Notes: generated by a model not told the origin, from the sequence alone. A stretch of 64,000 nucleotides of DNA from a virus (IMGVR_UViG_3300025098_005131), one strand, 5' to 3'. Positions 8,620 through 18,527 are shown, counted from the stretch's first letter. Translations and numbers: made by a program.

Positions 8620-9084
8620 ACGCTTAGTATATATTATTCCTGCATTAATTTCAGAACCGTACACACTATTTAAACCGTTTCTTACATGAGACATAATACA
8701 ATCAGACATATAATCGTCAAGATCTTCTTTACCGTAAGTAAAGTTTAAGTTCTCAACAAGCTCTTTACCGTAATTCCATGCCAAAATTTCTTCATTCATT
8801 AAGTGAACAAATCCTTTTTTAGATCTAACTGTCCAAGGCATGTTCTTGTTAAAACATATTACACCTTTACGTTTAATTTGATTATCAATAATCATGTGAC
8901 CTGCTTCATGCAAAAGAGTAAAAAATCTTTCTCGATATTTTAGGTTTTGATTAATTCTAATCATGTTAAGTTGAGGATACCAGGCATCTTCTTCGTAAGG
9001 CTTTTGGATCACATTAACAAAGTAATTGTCCTTAATGTATTTAGTTAAAATATAAAATTGATTTTTGTATGTTTGAGGGTTCAT
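8614..9084 (-). CDS. zincin-like metallopeptidase (ImmA/IrrE-like HExxH)
   Basis: FTLLHEAGH followed by EEILAW. Confidence 0.65.
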   Translation of the reverse strand: MNPQTYKNQFYILTKYIKDNYFVNVIQKPYEEDAWYPQLNMIRINQNLKYRERFFTLLHEAGHMIIDNQIKRKGVICFNKNMPWTVRSKKGFVHLMNEEILAWNYGKELVENLNFTYGKEDLDDYMSDCIMSHVRNGLNSVYGSEINAGIIYTKRV

Positions 9085-9103
9085 GTTGTTGTCCTTTTAT
9101 ATT

Positions 9104-9133
9104 ATTATAAATTATATTTAAACAATTTTGCAC
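9104..9133 (-). promoter_or_regulatory. phage promoter GTGCAA-N18-TATAAT
   Basis: upstream of 9084. Confidence 0.65.
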
Positions 9134-9144
9134 TTATGAGTCAT

Positions 9145-9651
9145 CTAAATGTTTTTATATTTCTGGAATATTCTTCTAATCTTTTTGGTATGACTATTGA
9201 CTCCTTTAACATATCTTGAAGTATATTTGTTCTTCTTAGAACATTTGTTTGAATTATTGTAATAACAAAGTGCTTTGTTAAGTGGCTTAAACTTTTTTTT
9301 ATAATACTTTAAAGCTTTGACGCCGTGATGAAATAAATCACATTTTCGTAGTAAGCCATCTCGTTTAACAGCATTTATATTTCCTTTATTGTTGGGACAC
9401 CAAAACTCATATTTAATTTGTAGTGGTCCTACACATTTAAATTTATTAGGTTTTGATTGCTCAGTCATTCTAGACTCTTCCCAAGCAACGCCAAGTGTTA
9501 AAGGTATATCTAAATTATTATTTTTTGCTTCTTCAATTAGAATAGAACATACTGCAAGGTTTTCTTCTCGCGGTTTGTTGTCAGATAATTTATGATAAAC
9601 CTCTTCGCAAAAACTATATTGAACAGATAAAGCAATTAAAAGTTTAATCAA
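9145..9651 (-). CDS. lytic transglycosylase (SLT/lysozyme-like)
   Basis: LGVAWEESR (catalytic Glu), VGPLQI, ALCYYN, YVKGV; N-terminal signal-like segment. Confidence 0.75.
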   Translation of the reverse strand: MIKLLIALSVQYSFCEEVYHKLSDNKPREENLAVCSILIEEAKNNNLDIPLTLGVAWEESRMTEQSKPNKFKCVGPLQIKYEFWCPNNKGNINAVKRDGLLRKCDLFHHGVKALKYYKKKFKPLNKALCYYNNSNKCSKKNKYTSRYVKGVNSHTKKIRRIFQKYKNI

Positions 9652-9841
9652 AATGTTTTTGTACGTCTCCTGATCTATGTGTTTCTATTGTATCATCTTG
9701 AAATCTAATTCTATAAAAAACTTTAGCCTCAGTTGTTCCCCCAACGGTTAGTTGGTTATTTCCTTCAGTAAGGATTTCTTCTACTACTCCGATTTTGTTT
9801 ATTCTTTGCCAGTGATAAACTTTGTCGCCTCTTTTTATCAT
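9644..9841 (-). CDS. small SH3/KOW-like protein
   Basis: IKRGDKVYH...IGVVEEI...YRIRFQDDTIETH. Confidence 0.6.
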   Translation of the reverse strand: MIKRGDKVYHWQRINKIGVVEEILTEGNNQLTVGGTTEAKVFYRIRFQDDTIETHRSGDVQKHFD

Positions 9842-9866
9842 TTTAATAACCTTTCGAATATGGTTT

Positions 9867-9895
9867 ATTGTAATAAAAAAAATAAAAAATTACAC
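9867..9895 (-). promoter_or_regulatory. phage promoter GTGTAA-N17-TACAAT
   Basis: upstream of 9841. Confidence 0.7.
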
Positions 9896-9900
9896 TTTTA

Positions 9901-10407
9901 TTAAACAAATACGCCACAGTTAACTAATGATTGCAAAACATCTAACAAAGCCTTAGCTGATGATTCTCTGCATGTAGAACCTGAGCAATCCATCATAGGC
10001 TTAAGAAACTTATCAATATCATCTGGAGTGCCCATTAAGTGTTGAGAACAGCTATCATAAGAATCTTTACATGGAACTGTATGGATTGATTGTGCTCTTG
10101 CTTTATTATAATGATCTAGAGACTCTGGATGTTCACAGTGAAATTTAATATGATCTACATATTCTTGTGTAGTTACTTGACCATTATTATTTAAGTCAAA
10201 GTGTGAATATAAGTCTTCTGGCGTAATATGACCATCACCATCCGGGTCTAAGTCGTGATGACTATTATTATGTGGTTCGCTAACAATTTTTACATCATAT
10301 GACTCCAAGGGGTTAGCCATACAATTACAATTAGGTTTTCCACACATCAAACATACATCTAAATTTGCTCTATTTAAAAACTCTCTAATTAATTTTCTTT
10401 CACTCAT
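9901..10407 (-). CDS. EF-hand calcium-binding protein, Cys-rich
   Basis: DPDGDGHITPED and DLNNNGQVTTQE loops; leader MSERKLIREFL. Confidence 0.7.
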   Translation of the reverse strand: MSERKLIREFLNRANLDVCLMCGKPNCNCMANPLESYDVKIVSEPHNNSHHDLDPDGDGHITPEDLYSHFDLNNNGQVTTQEYVDHIKFHCEHPESLDHYNKARAQSIHTVPCKDSYDSCSQHLMGTPDDIDKFLKPMMDCSGSTCRESSAKALLDVLQSLVNCGVFV

Positions 10408-10449
10408 AACAATCCTTTTCTATAATACTACTAATTATAACGCTTTTAG

Positions 10450-11613
10450 TTATAATTTTTCTATGAAATTTATTTGTTGTTTATCGTGAGAATCTTTTCT
10501 GCTTTTGCCTAGTTTTATTAGTTCATTCATTTTTTCTTGTGAAGAAACTTTTTCGGAAAAATTATTGCAATTTTCTTCAGCTTTGTCTGTTAAAATGTTA
10601 ATTGACTGAAAAATGGTTTTTAATCTTTTGAGAACAAAACAAGCAATATGCGCGCTATCTTTAAATATGATTCTTTCAGGCGCTGAATGGGAGATGTCTC
10701 TTTCTAAGAGTGTAGTACAATTTTCAATTGCTGTATGCATGTAAGACTTATAAAGTCTTGTAAGGCCGCATATGTTTTCTGAAAGTATTGGGTTCTTTTT
10801 GTGAGGCATTGCACTTGATCCTTTTTGTCCTTTCGAAAAAGGTTCAGACATTTCATTTACGCCATCAATACTGTATATTCTTATGTCATAAGCAATTTTT
10901 TCTGCTGCTAAAACTACTTTAAGTATTGCATAGAAGTAATCTAAAAAAACATCTCGAGGAATAATCTGTGAACTTCTTATTGGATACAAGCCTAAAGATC
11001 GAAGAGCGTTGTTTTCGTTTCGATATGAGTTGAAAGTATTATTGCCTATTACTCCTGATAATTTTCCCCATTTCAAGCCTTTTTCTACACGAGATATTTC
11101 GTCATAACCTCTTCTTAAATAGTCTATCCATCTTAAAAAGATTTCTCTATAAGTTTGTATTTCAGCAGACTTTCCATGAGTTCGACCTAATATTCTTTTT
11201 TTAGAAAAATCTGATTTTAAAACTTTGTTTAAATGATATAAAGTATCAGCGCAGTAATTGTTAACTTGCTTTAACGATTCTTTACTCATAAGAACAAGTG
11301 AAGTATCTAATATGTCTGATGATGTTAGGCCATAATGTATCCATCTTCCAGCATTACCAGGAATAGATTCTTCTAGCATTTGCACGAAAGCTTGAACGTC
11401 GTGTCTAGTTTCTGATTCTATTTCTTTCCATCTGTCGATATTAATTGATACGTTTTCCTGAATAGTTTTTAACTCTTTTTCAGTAATTGTTTTTTCAATT
11501 ATATTACCAGAAATTGACTCTAAGTGTGCCATTTCAACTTTAAGCCATGTTTTTAATTTATTTTCTGTTTTCCATATATCATGAATTTCTTGTACTTTAT
11601 AACGTGGTATCAT
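10450..11613 (-). CDS. purB: adenylosuccinate lyase
   Basis: HDVQAF, HYGLTSSDILDT, GRTHG, GSSAMPHKKNP, ERDISHS. Confidence 0.95.
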   Translation of the reverse strand: MIPRYKVQEIHDIWKTENKLKTWLKVEMAHLESISGNIIEKTITEKELKTIQENVSINIDRWKEIESETRHDVQAFVQMLEESIPGNAGRWIHYGLTSSDILDTSLVLMSKESLKQVNNYCADTLYHLNKVLKSDFSKKRILGRTHGKSAEIQTYREIFLRWIDYLRRGYDEISRVEKGLKWGKLSGVIGNNTFNSYRNENNALRSLGLYPIRSSQIIPRDVFLDYFYAILKVVLAAEKIAYDIRIYSIDGVNEMSEPFSKGQKGSSAMPHKKNPILSENICGLTRLYKSYMHTAIENCTTLLERDISHSAPERIIFKDSAHIACFVLKRLKTIFQSINILTDKAEENCNNFSEKVSSQEKMNELIKLGKSRKDSHDKQQINFIEKL

Positions 11614-11792
11614 TTTTTCTCTTTATATTTTTCTATAGTTTCTGTTGGCAATTCAACTATTTGTTTACCTAATAATATTTCTGACAGGCTTTTAGTTTTT
11701 CTGTAAACTTCATTTATACCATACTTGATAGTTACAGGTGAATCATAGTCAAATTTATTAATAACAAGATCACCATGTTTTAACTTGCCCAA
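11610..11792 (-). CDS. small SH3/KOW-like hypothetical protein
   Basis: KHGDLVINK...YGI...EILLGKQIVEL; translationally coupled between purA and purB. Confidence 0.55.
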   Translation of the reverse strand: MGKLKHGDLVINKFDYDSPVTIKYGINEVYRKTKSLSEILLGKQIVELPTETIEKYKEKK

Positions 11793-12976
11793 ACTATTTC
11801 GCCTCTTTTAGGGCCAGTTGTATATGATATCTTATTGACTCCAGTATGTATCTCTATCTGATTTAATAATTCTGTAAAACCTGGATCAAAAGCACTTACT
11901 GTATTGATTTTAGATAACAAATAGCTTCTGCCATGAACAAACAAACTAGGTCTTTCGATATGCGTCATAACATCAGTTTTGACTACACATAAATGATCAA
12001 CACCATTTTGTTGAACAGCTCGTTTAACTTCGTCTAAATCAAGCCAGCCACATTGTCTTGGGCGACCTGTAGTTGCTCCGAACTCTTGACCAACTTCAGA
12101 AAGAACTTTTTCTTGGCCGTCTGATATTATACTTGGGAAATCGCCAGATCCAACTTTAGTTTTATAAGATTTTATAACACCAATTACCTCATCTATCTGC
12201 TTATGACTTAAACCTGTAGAATTTAAGGCACCACCTACAGAAGGTGCTGATGATGTAACATCTGGATAGTTATTTGAAAATATGTTGAGACCACTGCCTT
12301 GCGCGCCTTCTAGTAAGATATTATAGTCTTTTTTATAATAATCTTGTAGCACATTTTCATTGTTGAGACGATATAGACCAAGTATTTCAGACATTTCTTT
12401 ATATTTTAAAACCCAATTATTAAACAAGTCAAAATCTGGTTTGAGTTCTTTTAAACTTTCTCCATCTTGTGCTCTCTTTTCTTGTAAGTCAAAAAACTTT
12501 GATTGAATCTTTATAAGAGATTCTTCTGGAGAATCTACGATGTCTTTTACAAGAATAGAATCTCTAGCGTAAAAATCAGAGTAAGCAGGGCCAATTCCTT
12601 TAGCAGTTGTGCCTAGTTTCTTTTGATATTTAAGTCTGTCAATAATTTTATGTGTTGGCTCTATTATTGGGCAGTAACCAGAAACTGAAAGGTTTATGCC
12701 GGGTTTTACATTAAGGCCAGCAACTTCTTGACAAAATTCTTCTATGTCTACAACACAACCTCTTGCAATTATATTAATTACTTCTTTTGAAAGAACGCCG
12801 ACAGGCAAGATGTGTGTAACAAATTTATTTCCTCTTCTATCATAGACAGTATGTCCTGCATTTCCTCCTCCTTGAAATCTTACGACAACGTCAGCCCAAG
12901 TTTGAACTAAATCATCAACTACTCTACCTTTACCTTCGTCTCCGTGCTGGAGACCTAATACTAATTTTGTTGGCAT
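11780..12976 (-). CDS. purA: adenylosuccinate synthetase (canonical PurA, not PurZ)
   Basis: GLQHGDEGKG, QGGGNAGHT, GTTAKGIGPAYSD, EGAQG, EFGATTGRPRQCGWLD. Confidence 0.95.
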   Translation of the reverse strand: MPTKLVLGLQHGDEGKGRVVDDLVQTWADVVVRFQGGGNAGHTVYDRRGNKFVTHILPVGVLSKEVINIIARGCVVDIEEFCQEVAGLNVKPGINLSVSGYCPIIEPTHKIIDRLKYQKKLGTTAKGIGPAYSDFYARDSILVKDIVDSPEESLIKIQSKFFDLQEKRAQDGESLKELKPDFDLFNNWVLKYKEMSEILGLYRLNNENVLQDYYKKDYNILLEGAQGSGLNIFSNNYPDVTSSAPSVGGALNSTGLSHKQIDEVIGVIKSYKTKVGSGDFPSIISDGQEKVLSEVGQEFGATTGRPRQCGWLDLDEVKRAVQQNGVDHLCVVKTDVMTHIERPSLFVHGRSYLLSKINTVSAFDPGFTELLNQIEIHTGVNKISYTTGPKRGEIVWAS

Positions 12977-13632
12977 TAATTTTCTTTCTCTTCAGAATAA
13001 TCAAAGTTATTTGTTTCACCTAACAATTCGTAAGTCTCATGTGAAAATTCTCTTGGTTTGTCAAAAACTTTAAAGTCAGGTTTTTTAGGATTTTCATAGC
13101 CAAGAGAGCTATGATTCCATAAAATCTTATTATTCGGGCCACAACACAAAACGCCTAATTCGTCTTCAAAGAAAAAGTTTTTTTGCTTATGCTCTGTCCA
13201 AAATTTTGATTCTGTATAGTCAACTGAATTATTTATCTCAGGCGGTTTAAAATCAACTGTAAAGGTGTATCTTCCTCTTAGCAAAGCTTTGTTTCTATTT
13301 TTCATTGTAACATCAACGTTTTTTAAAAATGCTTTTTGATAAATTTCAGCGCTGTCTGTTATACAATCCCACCAAGCAACATCTGTTAAATCGATTTTTA
13401 CATTTGGACTTTCTTCTTTGTTGAATATTGCGCATTGTAATATTTTATCATAACAAGCATTATATTCAGGCATATAAGCTTCAAACAAAGGAGGTTCGTA
13501 CCTTGTGAATCTAACACCTACAAGGTAAGCCTCAATCATATTATGATCTTTTGCCCAAATAAAATTGCTTGAGCCTTTTAAAAAAGATTCTTTAATCCAC
13601 ACTTTTTCGTATGGTAAATTTAAATACATCAT
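12976..13632 (-). CDS. hypothetical protein within the purine operon
   Basis: 218 aa, tightly coupled to neighbours; motifs PPLFEAY, WWDC, HKQ. Confidence 0.65.
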   Translation of the reverse strand: MMYLNLPYEKVWIKESFLKGSSNFIWAKDHNMIEAYLVGVRFTRYEPPLFEAYMPEYNACYDKILQCAIFNKEESPNVKIDLTDVAWWDCITDSAEIYQKAFLKNVDVTMKNRNKALLRGRYTFTVDFKPPEINNSVDYTESKFWTEHKQKNFFFEDELGVLCCGPNNKILWNHSSLGYENPKKPDFKVFDKPREFSHETYELLGETNNFDYSEEKEN

Positions 13633-13633
13633 G

Positions 13634-14695
13634 TTATTTTTTCCTGTTAAAAATATGAGGATTACCTTCTACATGTGAAGAAGATGTTTGCTTTCGAAAT
13701 ACTGCATTGTCTATAAGCTCTTGTAAAGTATTTGCACCGCTATAAGACATTCCACTTCTTACATTTGACATTATCTCATTAATCACCTTTGAAGTAGTAC
13801 CTTTGTAAGGGACAAATGAAGCGACGCCTTCGATTGAGTTGTATGTGCCTTTCCAGTTTTTCTGTGCTGCTTTTGAAGCCATTCCGTTATAACGCTTTAA
13901 CTTTTTACCGTCTTGAGTTATTGTTTTTCCTGGCGTTTCTCTTGTTCCACTTAACATAGAACCAAGCATAACAAAATCTGCGCCTGCTGCTAATGACTTA
14001 ACAATATCACCACTATTTTTAATACCACCATCAGCAACAATATAAGGCACTAAACAATCTTTACTGTTATTTAATAGATCTTGTTTTGCCTCATAACAAT
14101 CAAGTATTGCCTGAAATGTTGGTATTCCGTGTCCTGTCTGGATTCTTGTTGTACAAATACTTCCACTCCCTACAGATGTTCGAACAGCATGCGCGCCTGC
14201 CAATGCTAAACGTTTATACGCATGACCTGTAGCAACGTTTCCTGCCATGACAAATAGATGTGGATATTCACTCCTGATAAATTCTATTGCTTTTTCCATA
14301 AGAATATGATCACCGTGAGCAATGTCAATACAGACAATACTTAAATCATTTCTAGAAAGCTCTGATAATCTTTCTTTGTAATCTCCAGTTGCACCAATCG
14401 CTGCAGCTCTATAATCTCTATGATTAACATATCCTAAGAGTTTTGCTTGAAACTCAATTGTATTATACCTGTGAATAATACCTAGTCCACCTTGACTGAT
14501 CATCGCATTAGACATATGCGCTTCAGTTACTGTTGACATAGGAGAGCTGATAATTGGTATTTTAAATTTTAAATTCTTGCCAGAATATTTTACATTAACA
14601 CAAGTATCAATATTCTTTCTAGTTATTAACTCTGAGTATTGAGGTTCTAAAATTACATCATCAAAACTTAATACTTCTTTTTTATTAATTCTCAT
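13634..14695 (-). CDS. IMPDH/GMP reductase family enzyme without CBS domains (GMP reductase favoured)
   Basis: PIISSPMSTV, DIAHG, GSGSICTTR (catalytic Cys), ADGGIK, YNGMAS, EG..PYKG; flap lacks the IMPDH Arg-Tyr dyad. Confidence 0.9.
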   Translation of the reverse strand: MRINKKEVLSFDDVILEPQYSELITRKNIDTCVNVKYSGKNLKFKIPIISSPMSTVTEAHMSNAMISQGGLGIIHRYNTIEFQAKLLGYVNHRDYRAAAIGATGDYKERLSELSRNDLSIVCIDIAHGDHILMEKAIEFIRSEYPHLFVMAGNVATGHAYKRLALAGAHAVRTSVGSGSICTTRIQTGHGIPTFQAILDCYEAKQDLLNNSKDCLVPYIVADGGIKNSGDIVKSLAAGADFVMLGSMLSGTRETPGKTITQDGKKLKRYNGMASKAAQKNWKGTYNSIEGVASFVPYKGTTSKVINEIMSNVRSGMSYSGANTLQELIDNAVFRKQTSSSHVEGNPHIFNRKK

Positions 14696-14716
14696 TTAAT
14701 TCCTCTTTATAGTATT

Positions 14717-14745
14717 AGTGTATATAAATAATTTTTTATTTACAC
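14717..14745 (-). promoter_or_regulatory. phage promoter GTGTAA-N17-TACACT heading the purine operon
   Basis: upstream of 14695, GAGGA RBS. Confidence 0.65.
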
Positions 14746-14752
14746 CAAAGAG

Positions 14753-15673
14753 TTATTTATTATTTAAAAAGTCTTTTTTGTATTTTGCTAAAGCTTTTTC
14801 TTTGCATTTAGCTTCTAACATAATGTCAACTGACTTGCCACAGCTATCAAAGGGTTTGTAGTAAAAGTTTGAATGTGCTGCAGATGATCTTGTTGTTGGA
14901 TCTTCAAACTCTTTTTTACCGTTAGAATGATGACAAGTTGGTCGAATTGTAGAAGGCCATGAATCAAAAGCCATGTCAAAGCTCTCATCATAAGGTGCAT
15001 CCTGAGGTCCGAGACTAAAGTGATGAGAGTCGAAGACAATTGGAACGCCTGTAACCTTATAAACATTTTCGTATAGAAACTTTGAACTAAACATTGCAGC
15101 CTTGTCATCGTTTTCTACAGTAAGTCTTGACTGAACTGATGGCGATAGTCTTTGAAAGTTTTTATTAAAGTTGTCTGCGGCTAGTTGTAGATTGCCTCCG
15201 CATGATGAACCAAGATGAATATTGATTTTTGACCAGTGATTTTGATCTAGACCCATAAGATCGAAAAGCTTACCATGTATTTCTAGATCTTTAATACAAT
15301 TTTCTACAACATAATCTTTTTCTGATGCTAAACAATTAAATTGACCTGGGTGAAATGAAACTCTTTGACCAATAACTTTGGTATAATCGCCTGCCATTTT
15401 AAGATAGTGGCATATTTCTTCGTAGTCTGGAAGCTCATGCAACTCATATTCGCTAGCCCAAGGGGTAATTTCTGATGAGAGACGAAAGACTTCTACTTTA
15501 TTTTTGTAATTCCAGTTAAAGATTGGTAACATATCTTTGACATTTTGCAAAACAAGTGACGAAGCATACGTCAACCCTTTTTCAAGGAAAGTCTTTTTTC
15601 TCATTGTCCTAGAATTGAATATACCTTTTTCTCGTAGTTCCATATTGATGCACGCATATCCAAATCGATTCAT
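14753..15673 (-). CDS. uvsE: UV damage endonuclease
   Basis: RFGYACIN, FRLSSEI, SFHPGQF, IHLG, LTVENDD, FDSHH, HHS, HSNF, MLEAKCKE. Confidence 0.92.
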   Translation of the reverse strand: MNRFGYACINMELREKGIFNSRTMRKKTFLEKGLTYASSLVLQNVKDMLPIFNWNYKNKVEVFRLSSEITPWASEYELHELPDYEEICHYLKMAGDYTKVIGQRVSFHPGQFNCLASEKDYVVENCIKDLEIHGKLFDLMGLDQNHWSKINIHLGSSCGGNLQLAADNFNKNFQRLSPSVQSRLTVENDDKAAMFSSKFLYENVYKVTGVPIVFDSHHFSLGPQDAPYDESFDMAFDSWPSTIRPTCHHSNGKKEFEDPTTRSSAAHSNFYYKPFDSCGKSVDIMLEAKCKEKALAKYKKDFLNNK

Positions 15674-15696
15674 AATATTACACCTTTTTATTATAT

Positions 15697-15726
15697 TTTA
15701 TATAATAATAATCATATTTATTACAC
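15697..15726 (-). promoter_or_regulatory. phage promoter GTGTAA-N18-TATAAA
   Basis: upstream of uvsE. Confidence 0.55.
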
Positions 15727-15764
15727 AAATACACGACAAATTTATATTAAAGGTTTGTAAAAAC

Positions 15765-18527
15765 ATGAAAAATAGTATAAGATGGCTATTAACAGAATCA
15801 AAAATATCTAGTCTGGATCCGCAAAAAGTTAATTATGTAAATGGAAAATTAATATGCTATCACTTGACTTCACATCAAAAATGGGCGAATTATAATCCAA
15901 GTATAAAAGACAAGATGGAAAATCCATTAATTAAACACCCAAAACAAGAAGTAAATCCAGATGATGCTAGAGCTGTAAGAATATTAAAAAGTCTAAAAAA
16001 CAGTAATAGAGTTTCTGCAAGAGATTCTTACGATATAGAAGAAGAAACCATTATGGACATGTTAGATGATCCATATACAGATACTAGTGGTTTTAATCCA
16101 GGTGGTGGTGATCATCACGGGAAAGGTCTTTATACATGTTATAAGTTTAACCCAGGTATTGCTAGAACTTATGGAGATATATGTCTTGCTTTTGAAATAG
16201 ATATAAGTAATTTTGTAATAACGTTTGAAGATTTAGCTAAGCAAGTTCACGGTAATGACTGGAGAATTAAAGACCAGCTATTAAAACTTTACAAAAGAAA
16301 CCCAAGAGATGAAGAAAGCTTAGAAAAGTTTTTAAAAATTCTTAATAGAGTTGGATTTGACAAATTTGAGTTAAATCAAACAATAGACGAAATGAGACCG
16401 CATTCATCTGGAATTAGTTATGCCTTAATGAAAGCTTTTGGTAAAGAGCTTATAACTGCAGTATATGATGGTATTATTTTTCTTGGAAGAGGAGACGGTC
16501 CTGTTTGCGTTTCTTTTTACCCAAAATACGATGCTAGATTAATAGGATTAGGAAGACTTAGCAAAAGATCAGCGAAGGCAGATGTTGACTGGTATGACAG
16601 TCTAAATGATTTTGTAGGCGGACGTGCAAGAAACAAATTAGATTTCCAGACAATGAACGCTGTCGCAGATGAAAATACTAGTCTCGAAGAAAAAGAACTG
16701 ATGAAAGAAGATGAAAGAATATTTTATGATGCCAAGCACAACTATGTTCTATCTTCTCTTGACAACATTCGATATGCCGAAGAAACAATTCAAAAGCTAG
16801 TAGAGTTTTATGAAGAAGTTAAAAGCAGCAATGACGAAGGTGAACTTGGTGTATTTTATAGGGAAATTGGAACAGGTAAATTTACACAAAGCTTCAAAGA
16901 ATTTGATAGTTTGAGTCAAAAAGTTCTCCAGGAATATGGAAAAATCCTAGAAGATTCCTATCAGTTTTATAAGAGTAAAAACAATATTGATGAAGTTTCT
17001 GAAATGTTAAGAAACACAGGTTACGTTTTAAACTTAATGTCAAGTATTAATTTCTCTAGTGACTTTTTAGTTAATGGTGTCTATAGTGCTTTTAAGCTAT
17101 TCTTTGAAGAAATAGATAAGTTTGAGTATTATGAGAGAGCAGCTGCTAGCTTCTTAGAATCAGCAAATTCATACATTAAAAATACAAATGTGTCTAAAGA
17201 ATTTGTTCAATTAACTCAAGAACTAAATAATACATACGGCACTGATCTTAAATTAAAAACAGCCAGCTGGATTGAATTGATTGATTTATACGAAAACAGC
17301 AATCAAGAAACTAAAGATAAAATAACAAATCTAACAGACCGCATTTCACAGCATCCATTGAAAAAAATGTCAATGCCAGATCCAGACAACCCAGGTGAAT
17401 TCAAGCCAGTAGATTATTATAAGTCAAAAGAAGTAATAGATAAATTTTGTAATATTGTTGATGTAATGATTAAGAAACACAATGCAAATGTTTTAGATGA
17501 TCTTAGTTTAGCTTTTAAAAATGTCGAGCATCCTCTATCTAATACTGTTATAGAAAAGTGTGTAGACGAGTTGTTAGCGCTTCCAGAAAGTGAAAATAAA
17601 AATAGATTAACTGGTTATCTTGCCGATTATTTTGATAAATTTAGCTCAAGCAATTCTTCAGTAACTGATAAATTTGACGCTGTCTTAGATCTTGTAATGC
17701 AGTCAGCTGAAAAAGAATTTAATAAACTAATATCTAACCTTGAAAAGAAAACAAAGACACAAGCTGGCTTGTTAAGTTATCACAGTATTTATCATGATGC
17801 ATCAAGAAAACGTTATTTTGAAAGCCAGCCAAAAGAATGGCATGAAAGATTTGTTAATCTTATTATAGAAAACGTCAAGTCTAATCATAAGTTTACAAAA
17901 CTAAAAGAAGCAACGTGCAAGGTAATAAATTATTCAGTTAATCTTAAAGACATAAGAATAAGTGATCAAGATATGAGTCTAATATTAATTGCAGCAGGTA
18001 ATAAGGCATTTTGGTTTATAGACTATAAATACATGAGTCAAAGTGTTTATTGTAGCTTTTTAACATCTGCTTTACAGAATAAAGCAAATAATATTTTAAA
18101 TGCATGTCAACTGTCTGAAAATTTTTTCAAGAATCTCTATGAAAACAAACAGCTTCTTGACGCATTTATTCAATATAGTGACAATGGATTTTTTAAAAGA
18201 ACACTTAATCGATTAATTAGTCCACTTAAAGGACAAGCTTGTCCTTTAAGCGTTAACGCGTATAATCTATACAACAACAACATCAACACTCGAGTAGATA
18301 TGTCACAAGTAATTAATCCTAGTGATATTGAATGGTTTAATTACTTGTTAGAAGTAATAAGAGCAAAGACAGACTCAGGAAAGACAAAAAGAACAGAAAA
18401 GTTATTTAAAGAGTTCGATACTTTAATGTCACAGAAAAACGTAAGTCAAGAAATAGAAGCGCCTGAGTTAGATTTAAGTCATAGAAAAATATTTGGCAAT
18501 TCGCTTAAAGAAGTCTACAACTTTTAA
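15765..18527 (+). CDS. PARP-like ADP-ribosyltransferase domain protein, 920 aa (true start 15765); paralog of 60331..63096
   Basis: YHLT (His), GFNPGGGDHHGKGLYT (Tyr), YDGIIF, GPVCV; leader MKNSIRWLLTES; helical C-terminal two-thirds. Confidence 0.65.
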   Translation: MKNSIRWLLTESKISSLDPQKVNYVNGKLICYHLTSHQKWANYNPSIKDKMENPLIKHPKQEVNPDDARAVRILKSLKNSNRVSARDSYDIEEETIMDMLDDPYTDTSGFNPGGGDHHGKGLYTCYKFNPGIARTYGDICLAFEIDISNFVITFEDLAKQVHGNDWRIKDQLLKLYKRNPRDEESLEKFLKILNRVGFDKFELNQTIDEMRPHSSGISYALMKAFGKELITAVYDGIIFLGRGDGPVCVSFYPKYDARLIGLGRLSKRSAKADVDWYDSLNDFVGGRARNKLDFQTMNAVADENTSLEEKELMKEDERIFYDAKHNYVLSSLDNIRYAEETIQKLVEFYEEVKSSNDEGELGVFYREIGTGKFTQSFKEFDSLSQKVLQEYGKILEDSYQFYKSKNNIDEVSEMLRNTGYVLNLMSSINFSSDFLVNGVYSAFKLFFEEIDKFEYYERAAASFLESANSYIKNTNVSKEFVQLTQELNNTYGTDLKLKTASWIELIDLYENSNQETKDKITNLTDRISQHPLKKMSMPDPDNPGEFKPVDYYKSKEVIDKFCNIVDVMIKKHNANVLDDLSLAFKNVEHPLSNTVIEKCVDELLALPESENKNRLTGYLADYFDKFSSSNSSVTDKFDAVLDLVMQSAEKEFNKLISNLEKKTKTQAGLLSYHSIYHDASRKRYFESQPKEWHERFVNLIIENVKSNHKFTKLKEATCKVINYSVNLKDIRISDQDMSLILIAAGNKAFWFIDYKYMSQSVYCSFLTSALQNKANNILNACQLSENFFKNLYENKQLLDAFIQYSDNGFFKRTLNRLISPLKGQACPLSVNAYNLYNNNINTRVDMSQVINPSDIEWFNYLLEVIRAKTDSGKTKRTEKLFKEFDTLMSQKNVSQEIEAPELDLSHRKIFGNSLKEVYNF

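Noticed and set aside
11780-12976. PurZ / 2-aminoadenine (Z-genome) pathway
   Set aside because: The catalytic motif is GDEGKG (Asp, PurA-type) rather than the Ser of PurZ; the TTGR aspartate loop is canonical; no dATPase or MazZ is visible in the window
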